Below, piece by piece: positions 29,079-37,033 of a stretch of 64,000 bases of DNA (positions are counted from its first letter, which is position 1; each line of letters opens with the position of its first letter). The notes under the pieces are model-generated. The model ran no database searches and was not told where the DNA came from. It was given only the letters and a program-made list of their open reading frames with translations. The DNA comes from an uncultured Gammaproteobacteria bacterium (GTDB lineage Bacteria > Patescibacteriota > Microgenomatia > Levybacterales > UBA12049): contig OZ246394.1 in assembly GCA_965230895.1 (NCBI GenBank), forward strand, positions 712,627 through 776,626. Direction: 5' to 3'. Position numbers and translations under genes: made by a program.

Positions 29079-30776
29079 TTATTTTTCCTCAGTAATCGGT
29101 TCTGTCGGTGGAATGCCATAATATGTCAAAATATTCTTTGCTACATTAAAGAAGATCGGTGCTGCAGTTTCAGAGCCATAGATTGAAGTTGAAGGTCGAT
29201 CGACAACAACAAGCATCAAGAATTTGGGATCATCAGCTGGCGCAAAACCGACAAACGATGCAATAGTTTTATTTGGATCATAATGTCCCTCAACCGGAAT
29301 CTGAGCTGTACCTGTTTTCCCAGCAATTCGGTATCCTTTTGGTGCTGCCCACTTTGATTCCCCATCTTCAACAGCCTTTACCATCATTTCAGTCATAACA
29401 CGAGCACTTTTAGCAGAAATTGGTTGACTAAGCTGTTTTGGTGGGATAGGAATGACGTTGCCATCTGCTGTTTGCACACTAGCAACAACATGCGGCTCCA
29501 TCCGTTTCCCGTCATTGGCAATTGCTGAGAACGCAGTAAGCAAATTAATCGGAGTTAAAGTAAGACCTTGTCCAAACGTTGCAGTTGCTTGATCTATCTC
29601 GTACCAACTATCTTTCTCACGTAAACTTGGATAGACTTCGCCTTGCAGGTCAATTCCTGTAGCTTGCCCGACACCAAATTTTTCCATGTACGCAAGCATT
29701 CTATCCAATCCAAGAAGCCGTCCCGTGTAAACCATACCCGTGTTATCGGAATGGACAATAACGTCCGTCATCGTACTATTTGCAGTATACTCATCATTCC
29801 ATGTCTTAATTTTATATCCACTAATTTCAACTGGAGCAGCACAAATCGGACATTGCGTATCAGGTTGGAGAAGACCCGCATCCAGTGCAGAAGCCATAAT
29901 AAGCGGTTTAAACGTTGAACCAGGTTCATATGCAAATGATATAAATGGATTTGAATACAACTTATCCGAAAAATCCTGATACGATCGAGGATCATATGTC
30001 GGATATGAAGACATCGCTAAAATACCACCAGTTTTAGGATCCATGACAGCTGCCATGCCACTTTGTGCGCCATACGCTTGAATACCTTTTTTCAGTTCTT
30101 GATCAAGCATGAATTGAATACGACGATCAATGTGAAGAATGAGATCACGTCCATCAACTTTCTCTGTGCTATCGTTCATATTTGCAAGAATTGGTTGTCC
30201 ACGTGCATCTTTAACGACAATCGCTAAGCCATCTTTCCCTCGAAGTTGTCTATCGTAATAGCCTTCCAGACCAAAATAGCCTTTGTCTTTACCTGCATCA
30301 TCTTTCCCAACAAACCCCAATAAATTAGCAGCTGTAGATGCTTCCGGATAAAAACGAATCGTTTGTTCCTGGAAGCCAACCCCTGGTAACTCTTTCTTTT
30401 CGATTTGCTCCTTCAGTGAGTGCTCTACAGGAGATTTCAGTGGAACCCAAAAACGATCCAATGAAAGTTGTGCACTTACCGTAGCCTTATCAATATCAAG
30501 AAATTTTCCAAGTATTTCAGACTCTTTTTCCTTATCTTTTATCTCTTTCGGATTTGCCCAGACAAGATAGGAAAGCTTATTGGCTGCAATAGCATAATTG
30601 TCTGAAGTTTTGATTTCACCTCGTGTTGCTGTGAGAGTTATCTGCGCATCGTATTGCTCTTGTCCAAGGGAAGCAAGTTCTTGAGCCCGTACAACTTGCC
30701 AATAAAATAGGCGGGAGATAATTAAAGCAAAGAGAAAAAGAAATAAAAGTAATGTAATTCGATATCGCCAAGTCAT
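29079..30776 (-). CDS. ftsI: Class B penicillin-binding protein (FtsI/PBP2-type transpeptidase)
   Basis: It has an N-terminal TM helix. The SxxK motif is 'GSTFKP', the SxN motif 'HSDN', and the KTG motif 'KTGTAQ'. Confidence 0.85.
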   Translation of the reverse strand: MTWRYRITLLLFLFLFALIISRLFYWQVVRAQELASLGQEQYDAQITLTATRGEIKTSDNYAIAANKLSYLVWANPKEIKDKEKESEILGKFLDIDKATVSAQLSLDRFWVPLKSPVEHSLKEQIEKKELPGVGFQEQTIRFYPEASTAANLLGFVGKDDAGKDKGYFGLEGYYDRQLRGKDGLAIVVKDARGQPILANMNDSTEKVDGRDLILHIDRRIQFMLDQELKKGIQAYGAQSGMAAVMDPKTGGILAMSSYPTYDPRSYQDFSDKLYSNPFISFAYEPGSTFKPLIMASALDAGLLQPDTQCPICAAPVEISGYKIKTWNDEYTANSTMTDVIVHSDNTGMVYTGRLLGLDRMLAYMEKFGVGQATGIDLQGEVYPSLREKDSWYEIDQATATFGQGLTLTPINLLTAFSAIANDGKRMEPHVVASVQTADGNVIPIPPKQLSQPISAKSARVMTEMMVKAVEDGESKWAAPKGYRIAGKTGTAQIPVEGHYDPNKTIASFVGFAPADDPKFLMLVVVDRPSTSIYGSETAAPIFFNVAKNILTYYGIPPTEPITEEK

Positions 30777-30830
30777 AGTCTAGTAGTAATAAGTGTATCA
30801 AAGCAGAAACGTTACAGGAAGTCCTTGTAA

Positions 30831-31112
30831 TTATCGCTTAGCCAAAGGTAACGGAGCTGCCATATTAAGATGTGATTTAGCTGGAGCAAATCCCATGGAT
30901 TTAGCCTTGGCATTTATTGTCGTGAATGACGCTGCTTGAAGATACTGTTCTTTCAGCAATTCATTCTCCTTTTTTACTTCCTCAGCTTGATTCTGTAAAT
31001 CAACCAATGCAACACCAGTTGTGGAGATACTGTTTACAAAGTAAATACGGACTACTGACAGGACTACGACGATAAATCCTAGTCCTCCTAATAATAGTAT
31101 TGGTTTTTTCAT
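30831..31112 (-). CDS. ftsL: FtsL-like septum-formation protein (TM plus coiled coil)
   Basis: A 93 aa protein with an N-terminal TM helix and the coiled coil 'QAEEVKKENELLKEQYLQ'. It sits in the canonical position between rsmH and ftsI. Confidence 0.5.
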   Translation of the reverse strand: MKKPILLLGGLGFIVVVLSVVRIYFVNSISTTGVALVDLQNQAEEVKKENELLKEQYLQAASFTTINAKAKSMGFAPAKSHLNMAAPLPLAKR

Positions 31113-31996
31113 ATTCTTTCAAAAACCCGCAACTTTGAACTTCGTGATCGGCTATTTCCGGCAACTTCCTCTTCTGTCGGTATCACCGGCTTTTTAGTAA
31201 TAATCTTTCCTAAACCTTTTTCTTCAAAATCCAAAAATGCGTGTTTAATAATCCTATCCTCAAGTGAGTGAAATGAGATTACTGCGAGTCTTCCACCTGG
31301 TTCGAGTAACTCAACCGCCTTTGGTAAGGCTTCGCGCACGCTATTCAATTCGTCATTAACAGCAATTCGTAACGCCTGGAATACTTTCGTCGCGGGATGA
31401 ATCCCTTTAGAAGACGAAGGTACAGCTCGCTTAATAATCTCAGCAAGCTCAGTTGTTGTTTCAATCCGCTTTATTTGACGGGCGCGAATAATACTCTCGC
31501 AAATGGCGCGAGCAAATCTCTCTTCACCCAATTTAGTAAATAGTTCATACAGCTCTCCTTTCGTTAAAACATTTATCAGATCTCCTGCTTTAACCTCGAG
31601 TTCGCGGTCCATCCGCATATCAAGAGGAGCTTCTTTCATAAAGCTAAATCCTCTTTCAGCTGCATCAACATGATGGCTTGAGATCCCTAGATCAAAGAGA
31701 ATCCCTGCCACTTTCCCAAACTGATGCTCTTTCGCCAGAACATCAATATCTTTAAAGTTACCTTTTGCTAATACTAAATCCTTTCCAATCTCAAAACTTC
31801 CGGCTTTAAACTTCTCTGCAACGTAATCGAGAGCATCTTGATCTTGATCTATTCCCAAAACCTTTCCGCCTTGTTCCAAAATTAATGTTGTATGCCCTGC
31901 TCCTCCTAACGTTCCATCAAGATATTTCTTCTCAGGTTGTACATTTAGTAACTCAATTGTTTGTCGTAAGAGTACACTTACGTGATAATTATTCAT
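31109..31996 (-). CDS. rsmH: 16S rRNA (cytosine1402-N4)-methyltransferase RsmH (MraW)
   Basis: 'HVSVLLRQTIELL', the SAM motif 'DGTLGGAGHT', and the internal 'FDLGISSHH' are RsmH signatures. Confidence 0.85.
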   Translation of the reverse strand: MNNYHVSVLLRQTIELLNVQPEKKYLDGTLGGAGHTTLILEQGGKVLGIDQDQDALDYVAEKFKAGSFEIGKDLVLAKGNFKDIDVLAKEHQFGKVAGILFDLGISSHHVDAAERGFSFMKEAPLDMRMDRELEVKAGDLINVLTKGELYELFTKLGEERFARAICESIIRARQIKRIETTTELAEIIKRAVPSSSKGIHPATKVFQALRIAVNDELNSVREALPKAVELLEPGGRLAVISFHSLEDRIIKHAFLDFEEKGLGKIITKKPVIPTEEEVAGNSRSRSSKLRVFERI

Positions 31997-32007
31997 CCTG
32001 CCTTCTT

Positions 32008-32436
32008 CTATTCAGATTCATTTAGCCTTTCTGCTATTGAATCGATATTCTTTGCCAATTCTTTCTGATGATCCTCCCAATGCTTTTTGTCCCACACTTC
32101 AACAAATCTCTGTATTCCTACAAATATTATTTCATCCTTAATATTCGCAAAATTTCGTAAATACTCCGGAAGCACACATCTTCCCTTACTGTCTAGCTCA
32201 ATATCAGACGCACTTCCCAATAAAAATCGTTGCATCTCACGCGTTGATTTATTTGTAAATGGTTTACCCTCAGTCCCTTCGAGCAATGTTTTCCAATTTT
32301 CTTCCGAGACGATAATCAAACAATTCTCAAAACCTTTCGTAACAATCAACTTATCACCTAGTTCGTCTCTAAATTTTTTCGGTAGTCCTACTTGATGTTT
32401 TTCTCCAATCTTACTTTCGTATTGACCCAACAGCAT
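32008..32436 (-). CDS. mraZ: Transcriptional regulator MraZ
   Basis: The tandem MraZ/SpoVT-AbrB half-domains carry 'GLPKKFR' and 'RCVLPEYLR'. This is the first gene of the dcw cluster. Confidence 0.85.
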   Translation of the reverse strand: MLLGQYESKIGEKHQVGLPKKFRDELGDKLIVTKGFENCLIIVSEENWKTLLEGTEGKPFTNKSTREMQRFLLGSASDIELDSKGRCVLPEYLRNFANIKDEIIFVGIQRFVEVWDKKHWEDHQKELAKNIDSIAERLNESE

Positions 32437-32448
32437 ATGATTTATTAT

Positions 32449-32478
32449 CCTACTTTTTCCTACTTTTGACTACCTTTC
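32449..32478 (-). promoter_or_regulatory. Candidate MraZ operator: three 10-bp-phased direct repeats immediately upstream of mraZ
   Basis: On the coding (minus) strand the region reads GAAAGGTAGtcAAAAGTAGGaAAAAGTAGGa. The AAAGTAG-like heptamers recur with 10 nt periodicity, resembling the Firmicute/Mollicute MraZ box (AAAGTG[T/G] repeats with 3 nt spacers). Confidence 0.35.
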
Positions 32479-32605
32479 ACTATTGTGCTCTTTCCGTGAA
32501 AAGTTGTCAATATATAAGCTGATCAATATAGTGTTTGGAATAAATTAAAAGCACAAAATGTAGCGTTTTAGAATGTAAGAAAAAGTATTATAGGGGTTGT
32601 GAAAA

Positions 32606-33106
32606 TTATTCTTCGACTTGGAGAGTATCTTCAACGTTGTAGATGTTACCGTCGTTCTTTGTTAATTTCAATGTGATGTCGACACTTGTGACGCCTGTAT
32701 CATATCGGCAAACGTTTCGTGAACAGCTTCCAAGATCAAGCTCTTCGGATTCATAACTTGATGCACCTGATTCTACATCAGCCTCTCCAGTAATTCCACG
32801 TTGTACGCGATCTTCTCCACCTTCACTCTTTTCTTGAGCGGTAGAATCTGCTTCGTAAACAAGTTCGTATTCAATTGATTCAATACCTTGTGCTTTTGCA
32901 ATCTTAAACTGTACTTTCTTTTTATCTGGAGTTAGTGACATTGAAAGACCAATCTCTTCAGGTGTAATTGTCTTAACCATTGTTTCAGAAGATTGCTCTT
33001 CAGGTTCTGCGGCATTACGATTTGCTACGAAGTAGAATGCTCCAAGAGCAAGAAGAACAACGACGACTACGCCAACTGCTATGAGGACACTTTTATTCTT
33101 CAACAT
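32606..33106 (-). CDS. Hypothetical secreted or membrane-anchored acidic protein
   Basis: An N-terminal TM/signal 'VLIAVGVVVVVLLALGAFYFV' is followed by a Glu/Asp-rich domain with two Cys pairs. Confidence 0.35.
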   Translation of the reverse strand: MLKNKSVLIAVGVVVVVLLALGAFYFVANRNAAEPEEQSSETMVKTITPEEIGLSMSLTPDKKKVQFKIAKAQGIESIEYELVYEADSTAQEKSEGGEDRVQRGITGEADVESGASSYESEELDLGSCSRNVCRYDTGVTSVDITLKLTKNDGNIYNVEDTLQVEE

Positions 33107-33212
33107 CTCCTACAGAATAACGGAAAGAATGCTCTGCTGTCAAGTAAGTACTGCTCTGACCTATTTCTGACATATTGCTGACCTTTCAAATAAATGGTAG
33201 AGTTTAATTACA

Positions 33213-34880
33213 GTGAAAGAAGGTTGCTCGCGTTCTACTGTCGCTCAAAGATCATCTGAAGGTCGTCCACTCCTACCTCTTTCTGTGGTAAAAAACACCC
33301 GAGAAGTTACGTATACTCCTGAAACAATCCAAGAAGAATGCGGTATTGTAAGTTTTTATAATCCCAACGGCATTAAGCCCGGGGACATGCAAGACATGTT
33401 CACACAATCAATGCAAGGCGTTAAACACCGCGGCCCCCAAGGGGCCGGTTTCGTATTAAGGACTACTGAGGGGCGCATCAGTCGTTTTACTGGCGCAGGC
33501 AAGCTTGAAGAATCAATTCCTCAACGTAAACTCACCGATGAAATCAATGAAGACAAGGTTACTTGGATGATGGGACATACCAGATATGGGACGACTGGTG
33601 GATATGCGAAAGAGAATATTCAACCTTGTATTGCGGAAGCACCCGATGGCTCCCAAATTTACGTTGCACATAACGGGAACTTCTCTGCCACTGAAAAAAT
33701 GAAGACAATACTTGGGAAAGAATACCCTGAAGATGTCAGCGATACCTATTTGTTCACGCAAGTGCTTGCACAAATGGAGGGCGATTCATGGGATGAGAAA
33801 ATTGCAAAAACAATGGCTGCGATTCCAGGAGCAGCAAGCGTTCTTATAGGGATTGGAGACAAACTCTATGCAGCACGCGATAAGAAAGGAATGCGCCCCT
33901 TTGTCGTGGGGAAGAAAGACAACACATGGATGACTGCATCAGAGACACTTGCTTTTGATAAGGCCGGTGCTGAAGTTCACAGAGAAATTTTACCTGGTGA
34001 AATAGTGCGATTTGATGATGATGGAGTAACCATAGTTCAAGCTGGAGATAAGGACCGACAAAGAGAATGTGCTTGGGAAGGAGTCTATTTTATGCGCGGA
34101 GAATCACTGAGTAATCCTTCGTCAGAAGACTTACCTCCCACAGAATGGGTTGAGAACAATGTATTGCGTAGACAAATAGGGGTACAGCTTGCAGAAGAAG
34201 AAAAGGCACGAGAAGAGCATCGTGCCCATTCTGAAGGATCTTCATACAAGCCTTTTAAACCAGACTTTGTAGTAGGTATTCCTCAGTCGGGAATTCCTTT
34301 TGGAGAAGGGTATGCTGAAGGGATGGATGTTCCATATCTTCGTCTTATAGAAAAAGCTTCCCAAGAGAGACAATTCCTCGATCAAGATGTTGCCGGAATT
34401 CAAGGAAAAGTGGCAGATAATTTATTAATAAAAGATACAGAATTTTGGCAAGGAAAAACTGTCGTTTTAGTAGATGATTCTATAGTAAGAGGTAGTGTGT
34501 CTAAAGGCTTAACAGAAGTATTGCAAGAACTTGGAGCAGAGGTACATTGGCGATCAGGATTACCAATGATTATGGATACCTGTCATTTGGGCGTCAGCAT
34601 ACGAGAGGAAAAAGAATTAATTGCAGCTCGAAATCATGGAGACGAATCAGCGATTGCAGAGGAAATTGGCGCAGCAAGTGTTCATTACATAACTGATGAA
34701 GGATTTAATAAAGGCCGTCGTGGAGAGCTTTTCGTAGCACCACAATCAGGCGGAGATGTCTACAAAGCAAACGGTTTATGTGGTGGATGTTTTACTTCAG
34801 GAGAGAGTGATTACGCATATAATCGAGAAGCCTCAGGAGCCACCGATATTTTCCAAAGCTTTAGGCCACAAGCTTCGTAG
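33213..34880 (+). CDS. purF: Amidophosphoribosyltransferase-like protein (PurF family: Ntn glutamine amidotransferase plus PRTase domain). The ORF uses a GTG start.
   Basis: The nucleophile context 'EECGIVSFY' is followed by 'HRGPQGAGFV', 'GHTRYGTTGG' and 'VAHNGN'. The PRTase motif is 'VVLVDDSIVRGS'. Cys residues sit at positions equivalent to the B. subtilis PurF 4Fe-4S ligands ('ECAWEGVYF', 'CGGCFTSGE'). Confidence 0.7.
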   Translation: MKEGCSRSTVAQRSSEGRPLLPLSVVKNTREVTYTPETIQEECGIVSFYNPNGIKPGDMQDMFTQSMQGVKHRGPQGAGFVLRTTEGRISRFTGAGKLEESIPQRKLTDEINEDKVTWMMGHTRYGTTGGYAKENIQPCIAEAPDGSQIYVAHNGNFSATEKMKTILGKEYPEDVSDTYLFTQVLAQMEGDSWDEKIAKTMAAIPGAASVLIGIGDKLYAARDKKGMRPFVVGKKDNTWMTASETLAFDKAGAEVHREILPGEIVRFDDDGVTIVQAGDKDRQRECAWEGVYFMRGESLSNPSSEDLPPTEWVENNVLRRQIGVQLAEEEKAREEHRAHSEGSSYKPFKPDFVVGIPQSGIPFGEGYAEGMDVPYLRLIEKASQERQFLDQDVAGIQGKVADNLLIKDTEFWQGKTVVLVDDSIVRGSVSKGLTEVLQELGAEVHWRSGLPMIMDTCHLGVSIREEKELIAARNHGDESAIAEEIGAASVHYITDEGFNKGRRGELFVAPQSGGDVYKANGLCGGCFTSGESDYAYNREASGATDIFQSFRPQAS

Positions 34881-36276
34881 CGAAATATTCTTTTAATTCA
34901 GCAATCTTTACTCGCTCTTGTTTCATTGAGTCTCTGTCACGAACAGTAACTGCATCATCTTCAAGAGTTTCAAAGTCAACGGTCACGCACCATGGTGTCC
35001 CGATCTCATCCTGTGCGAGATATCTTTTACCAATATTTCCTCGTGCATCCCAAATAGTCATAAAGTCATTACTTAAGTCTTCAAACAAACCTTGTGCTTT
35101 CTTCACCAATTCTTCTTTGTTTGCAAGAAGTGGGAATACTGCAACTTTGTAAGGAGCGATCTTTGGATCAATCTTAAGGACAGTTCTATTGTCTTCCTCT
35201 GTATACGCATCAGCCAAAACCATAAGCATCAAACGATTTACACCAACAGCTGGTTCAATAACATGTGGAATGATCTTTTTTCCTGTTTGCGGATCAACAA
35301 CTGACAAATCTTTCTTAGCATAATTAATGTGTTGTGTTAAATCGTAATCTGTTCGATATGCAAGTCCCCATAATTCCTTCATTCCAAAAGGGAAATTATA
35401 TTCAAGATCTTCAGTTCGTTTACTGTAAAATGAACGTTCTTCATCACTATGGAGTCTCCATCGAAGATTTTCTTCTTTAATACCTAATTGCTTAGTAACG
35501 AAATCATTCATGCGCTTTTTCCATTCTTCGTACAATGGCTCCCACTCTGTTTCTTCTGGATCGAAGAAGTACTCAATTTCCGCTTGATCGAATTCAATTG
35601 TACGGAAGATAGAATTACCAGGAGTAATTTCGTTACGAAATGATTTACCTTGTTGAGCAATTCCAAAAGGCAATTTCACACGATTTGACGCCAAAACATT
35701 TTTAAAGTTTGTGAAGATTAATTGTGCGGTTTCTCCTCTGAGATATCCACTTCCTTCTGATCCCTCTACGATCCCTAATTGCACTGGGAAAAGTTGATTG
35801 AATTTACGTACTGCAGTCCAATCATGAGCACCGCATTTCGGACAAGGAATCTTTTCCATTTTAATAATGTTCTCGAGCTCTTTGGTACTTAATCCTTCAA
35901 CTTTTCTTTCATCACCTTTTGCTTCAAAGTAGTCTTCAATAATATGATCTGCACGATATCGACTTTTGCAGTTTTTACAATCTACCATCGCATCAGCAAA
36001 ACCAGCCACATGACCTGATGCTTCCCAAATCTTATGATGAGAAATAATACTTCCATCAAGACCTACCATATCAGGACGCTTTTGAACAAAATATCTCCAC
36101 CAGAGATTTTTTATATTGCGGAGTAATTCGGTACCGACTGGACCATAATCATATGTGTTTGCAAGCCCGCCATAGATTTCAGATCCAGGATAAATAAATC
36201 CTCGACGCTTTGCGAGGGAAACGATTTTTTCCATTTTTGCGGGATCAACTGTAGTTTTTGTTTCTTTATCAGCCAT
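34861..36276 (-). CDS. glyQS: Glycyl-tRNA synthetase, alpha2 (archaeal/eukaryote-like) type
   Basis: 'KRRGFIYPGSEIYGGLANTYDYGPVG' is the GlyRS start. A class II motif 2 'FRNEITPGNSIFR' and the ~470 aa length fit the single-chain glyQS form. Confidence 0.8.
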   Translation of the reverse strand: MADKETKTTVDPAKMEKIVSLAKRRGFIYPGSEIYGGLANTYDYGPVGTELLRNIKNLWWRYFVQKRPDMVGLDGSIISHHKIWEASGHVAGFADAMVDCKNCKSRYRADHIIEDYFEAKGDERKVEGLSTKELENIIKMEKIPCPKCGAHDWTAVRKFNQLFPVQLGIVEGSEGSGYLRGETAQLIFTNFKNVLASNRVKLPFGIAQQGKSFRNEITPGNSIFRTIEFDQAEIEYFFDPEETEWEPLYEEWKKRMNDFVTKQLGIKEENLRWRLHSDEERSFYSKRTEDLEYNFPFGMKELWGLAYRTDYDLTQHINYAKKDLSVVDPQTGKKIIPHVIEPAVGVNRLMLMVLADAYTEEDNRTVLKIDPKIAPYKVAVFPLLANKEELVKKAQGLFEDLSNDFMTIWDARGNIGKRYLAQDEIGTPWCVTVDFETLEDDAVTVRDRDSMKQERVKIAELKEYFATKLVA

Positions 36277-36313
36277 GAAAGTATTATAACACGGAAGTTA
36301 GAGAAAGTGTCGA

Positions 36314-36982
36314 TTACTGAAGCTTGGAGAAAATATTGTGCGATTTTAATTTCCGCTCGAGAATACTTTCGATCATTGAATGTGTATCGAAATTTTTTGA
36401 AAGCGGATCGGATTTATTCCAATAGCCCAGTTCTGAAAGTAATTCAATTTCAAAATGGTGGAGCGTTTCATGAAGGCTTCCATCCATACGAGGGGCCGAA
36501 ACTTTTGGAGCATCATGTGTAGTCAAACCAAATGTCCCAATCGTATAATCATCAATATCCGAATGTATTTTTGTGGAAACTATCGGCATAACAACATCCT
36601 GAACAGCTAAACGGTTCAAAGTATTTTTGAGAAGATAAAAGACATTACTATTTTCCTGCTCTTCAGGGCAAAGTCCATCAACTAATTCGCAAAGATGATA
36701 CGCAAATCCAACTTTGGTGAAGTCCTGCTTAATCTTTGAATGATCATCAAGCATTTTCACTTCAGTGAGCACATGCATTCCCTTTCCCTTATAAAGATTG
36801 AGCGTTGCATGGTTGAGAAGTTCAATATGTGCAGATCGACGGCTTGTTATTTTACGGACACCTGTTGCCTTAACAGTTAATTTACCAAAATGTGGAGTAA
36901 TAACGGTTACTAAACGATCTGCTTCCCCAAGATTTTTTCTTTTAATTATTATTCCTTCTGTCCGGGTGTTACGCATTGGCAT
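36314..36982 (-). CDS. recO: DNA repair protein RecO
   Basis: 'TEGIIIKRKNLGEADRLVTVITPHFGKLTVKATGVRKITSRRSAH' matches the RecO N-terminal OB fold. The 222 aa length fits. Confidence 0.65.
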   Translation of the reverse strand: MPMRNTRTEGIIIKRKNLGEADRLVTVITPHFGKLTVKATGVRKITSRRSAHIELLNHATLNLYKGKGMHVLTEVKMLDDHSKIKQDFTKVGFAYHLCELVDGLCPEEQENSNVFYLLKNTLNRLAVQDVVMPIVSTKIHSDIDDYTIGTFGLTTHDAPKVSAPRMDGSLHETLHHFEIELLSELGYWNKSDPLSKNFDTHSMIESILERKLKSHNIFSKLQ

Positions 36983-37033
36983 TATTTAAGTATACCAGTT
37001 CGAGGAGAAGCAATCGAGCTGAGCAATAGAAGA

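Noticed and set aside
33213-33340. The N-terminal 42 residues of the PurF-like ORF as a separate signal peptide or TM segment
   Set aside because: The segment is hydrophilic (SRSTVAQRSSEGRP). It more likely reflects a propeptide or an upstream-extended start.
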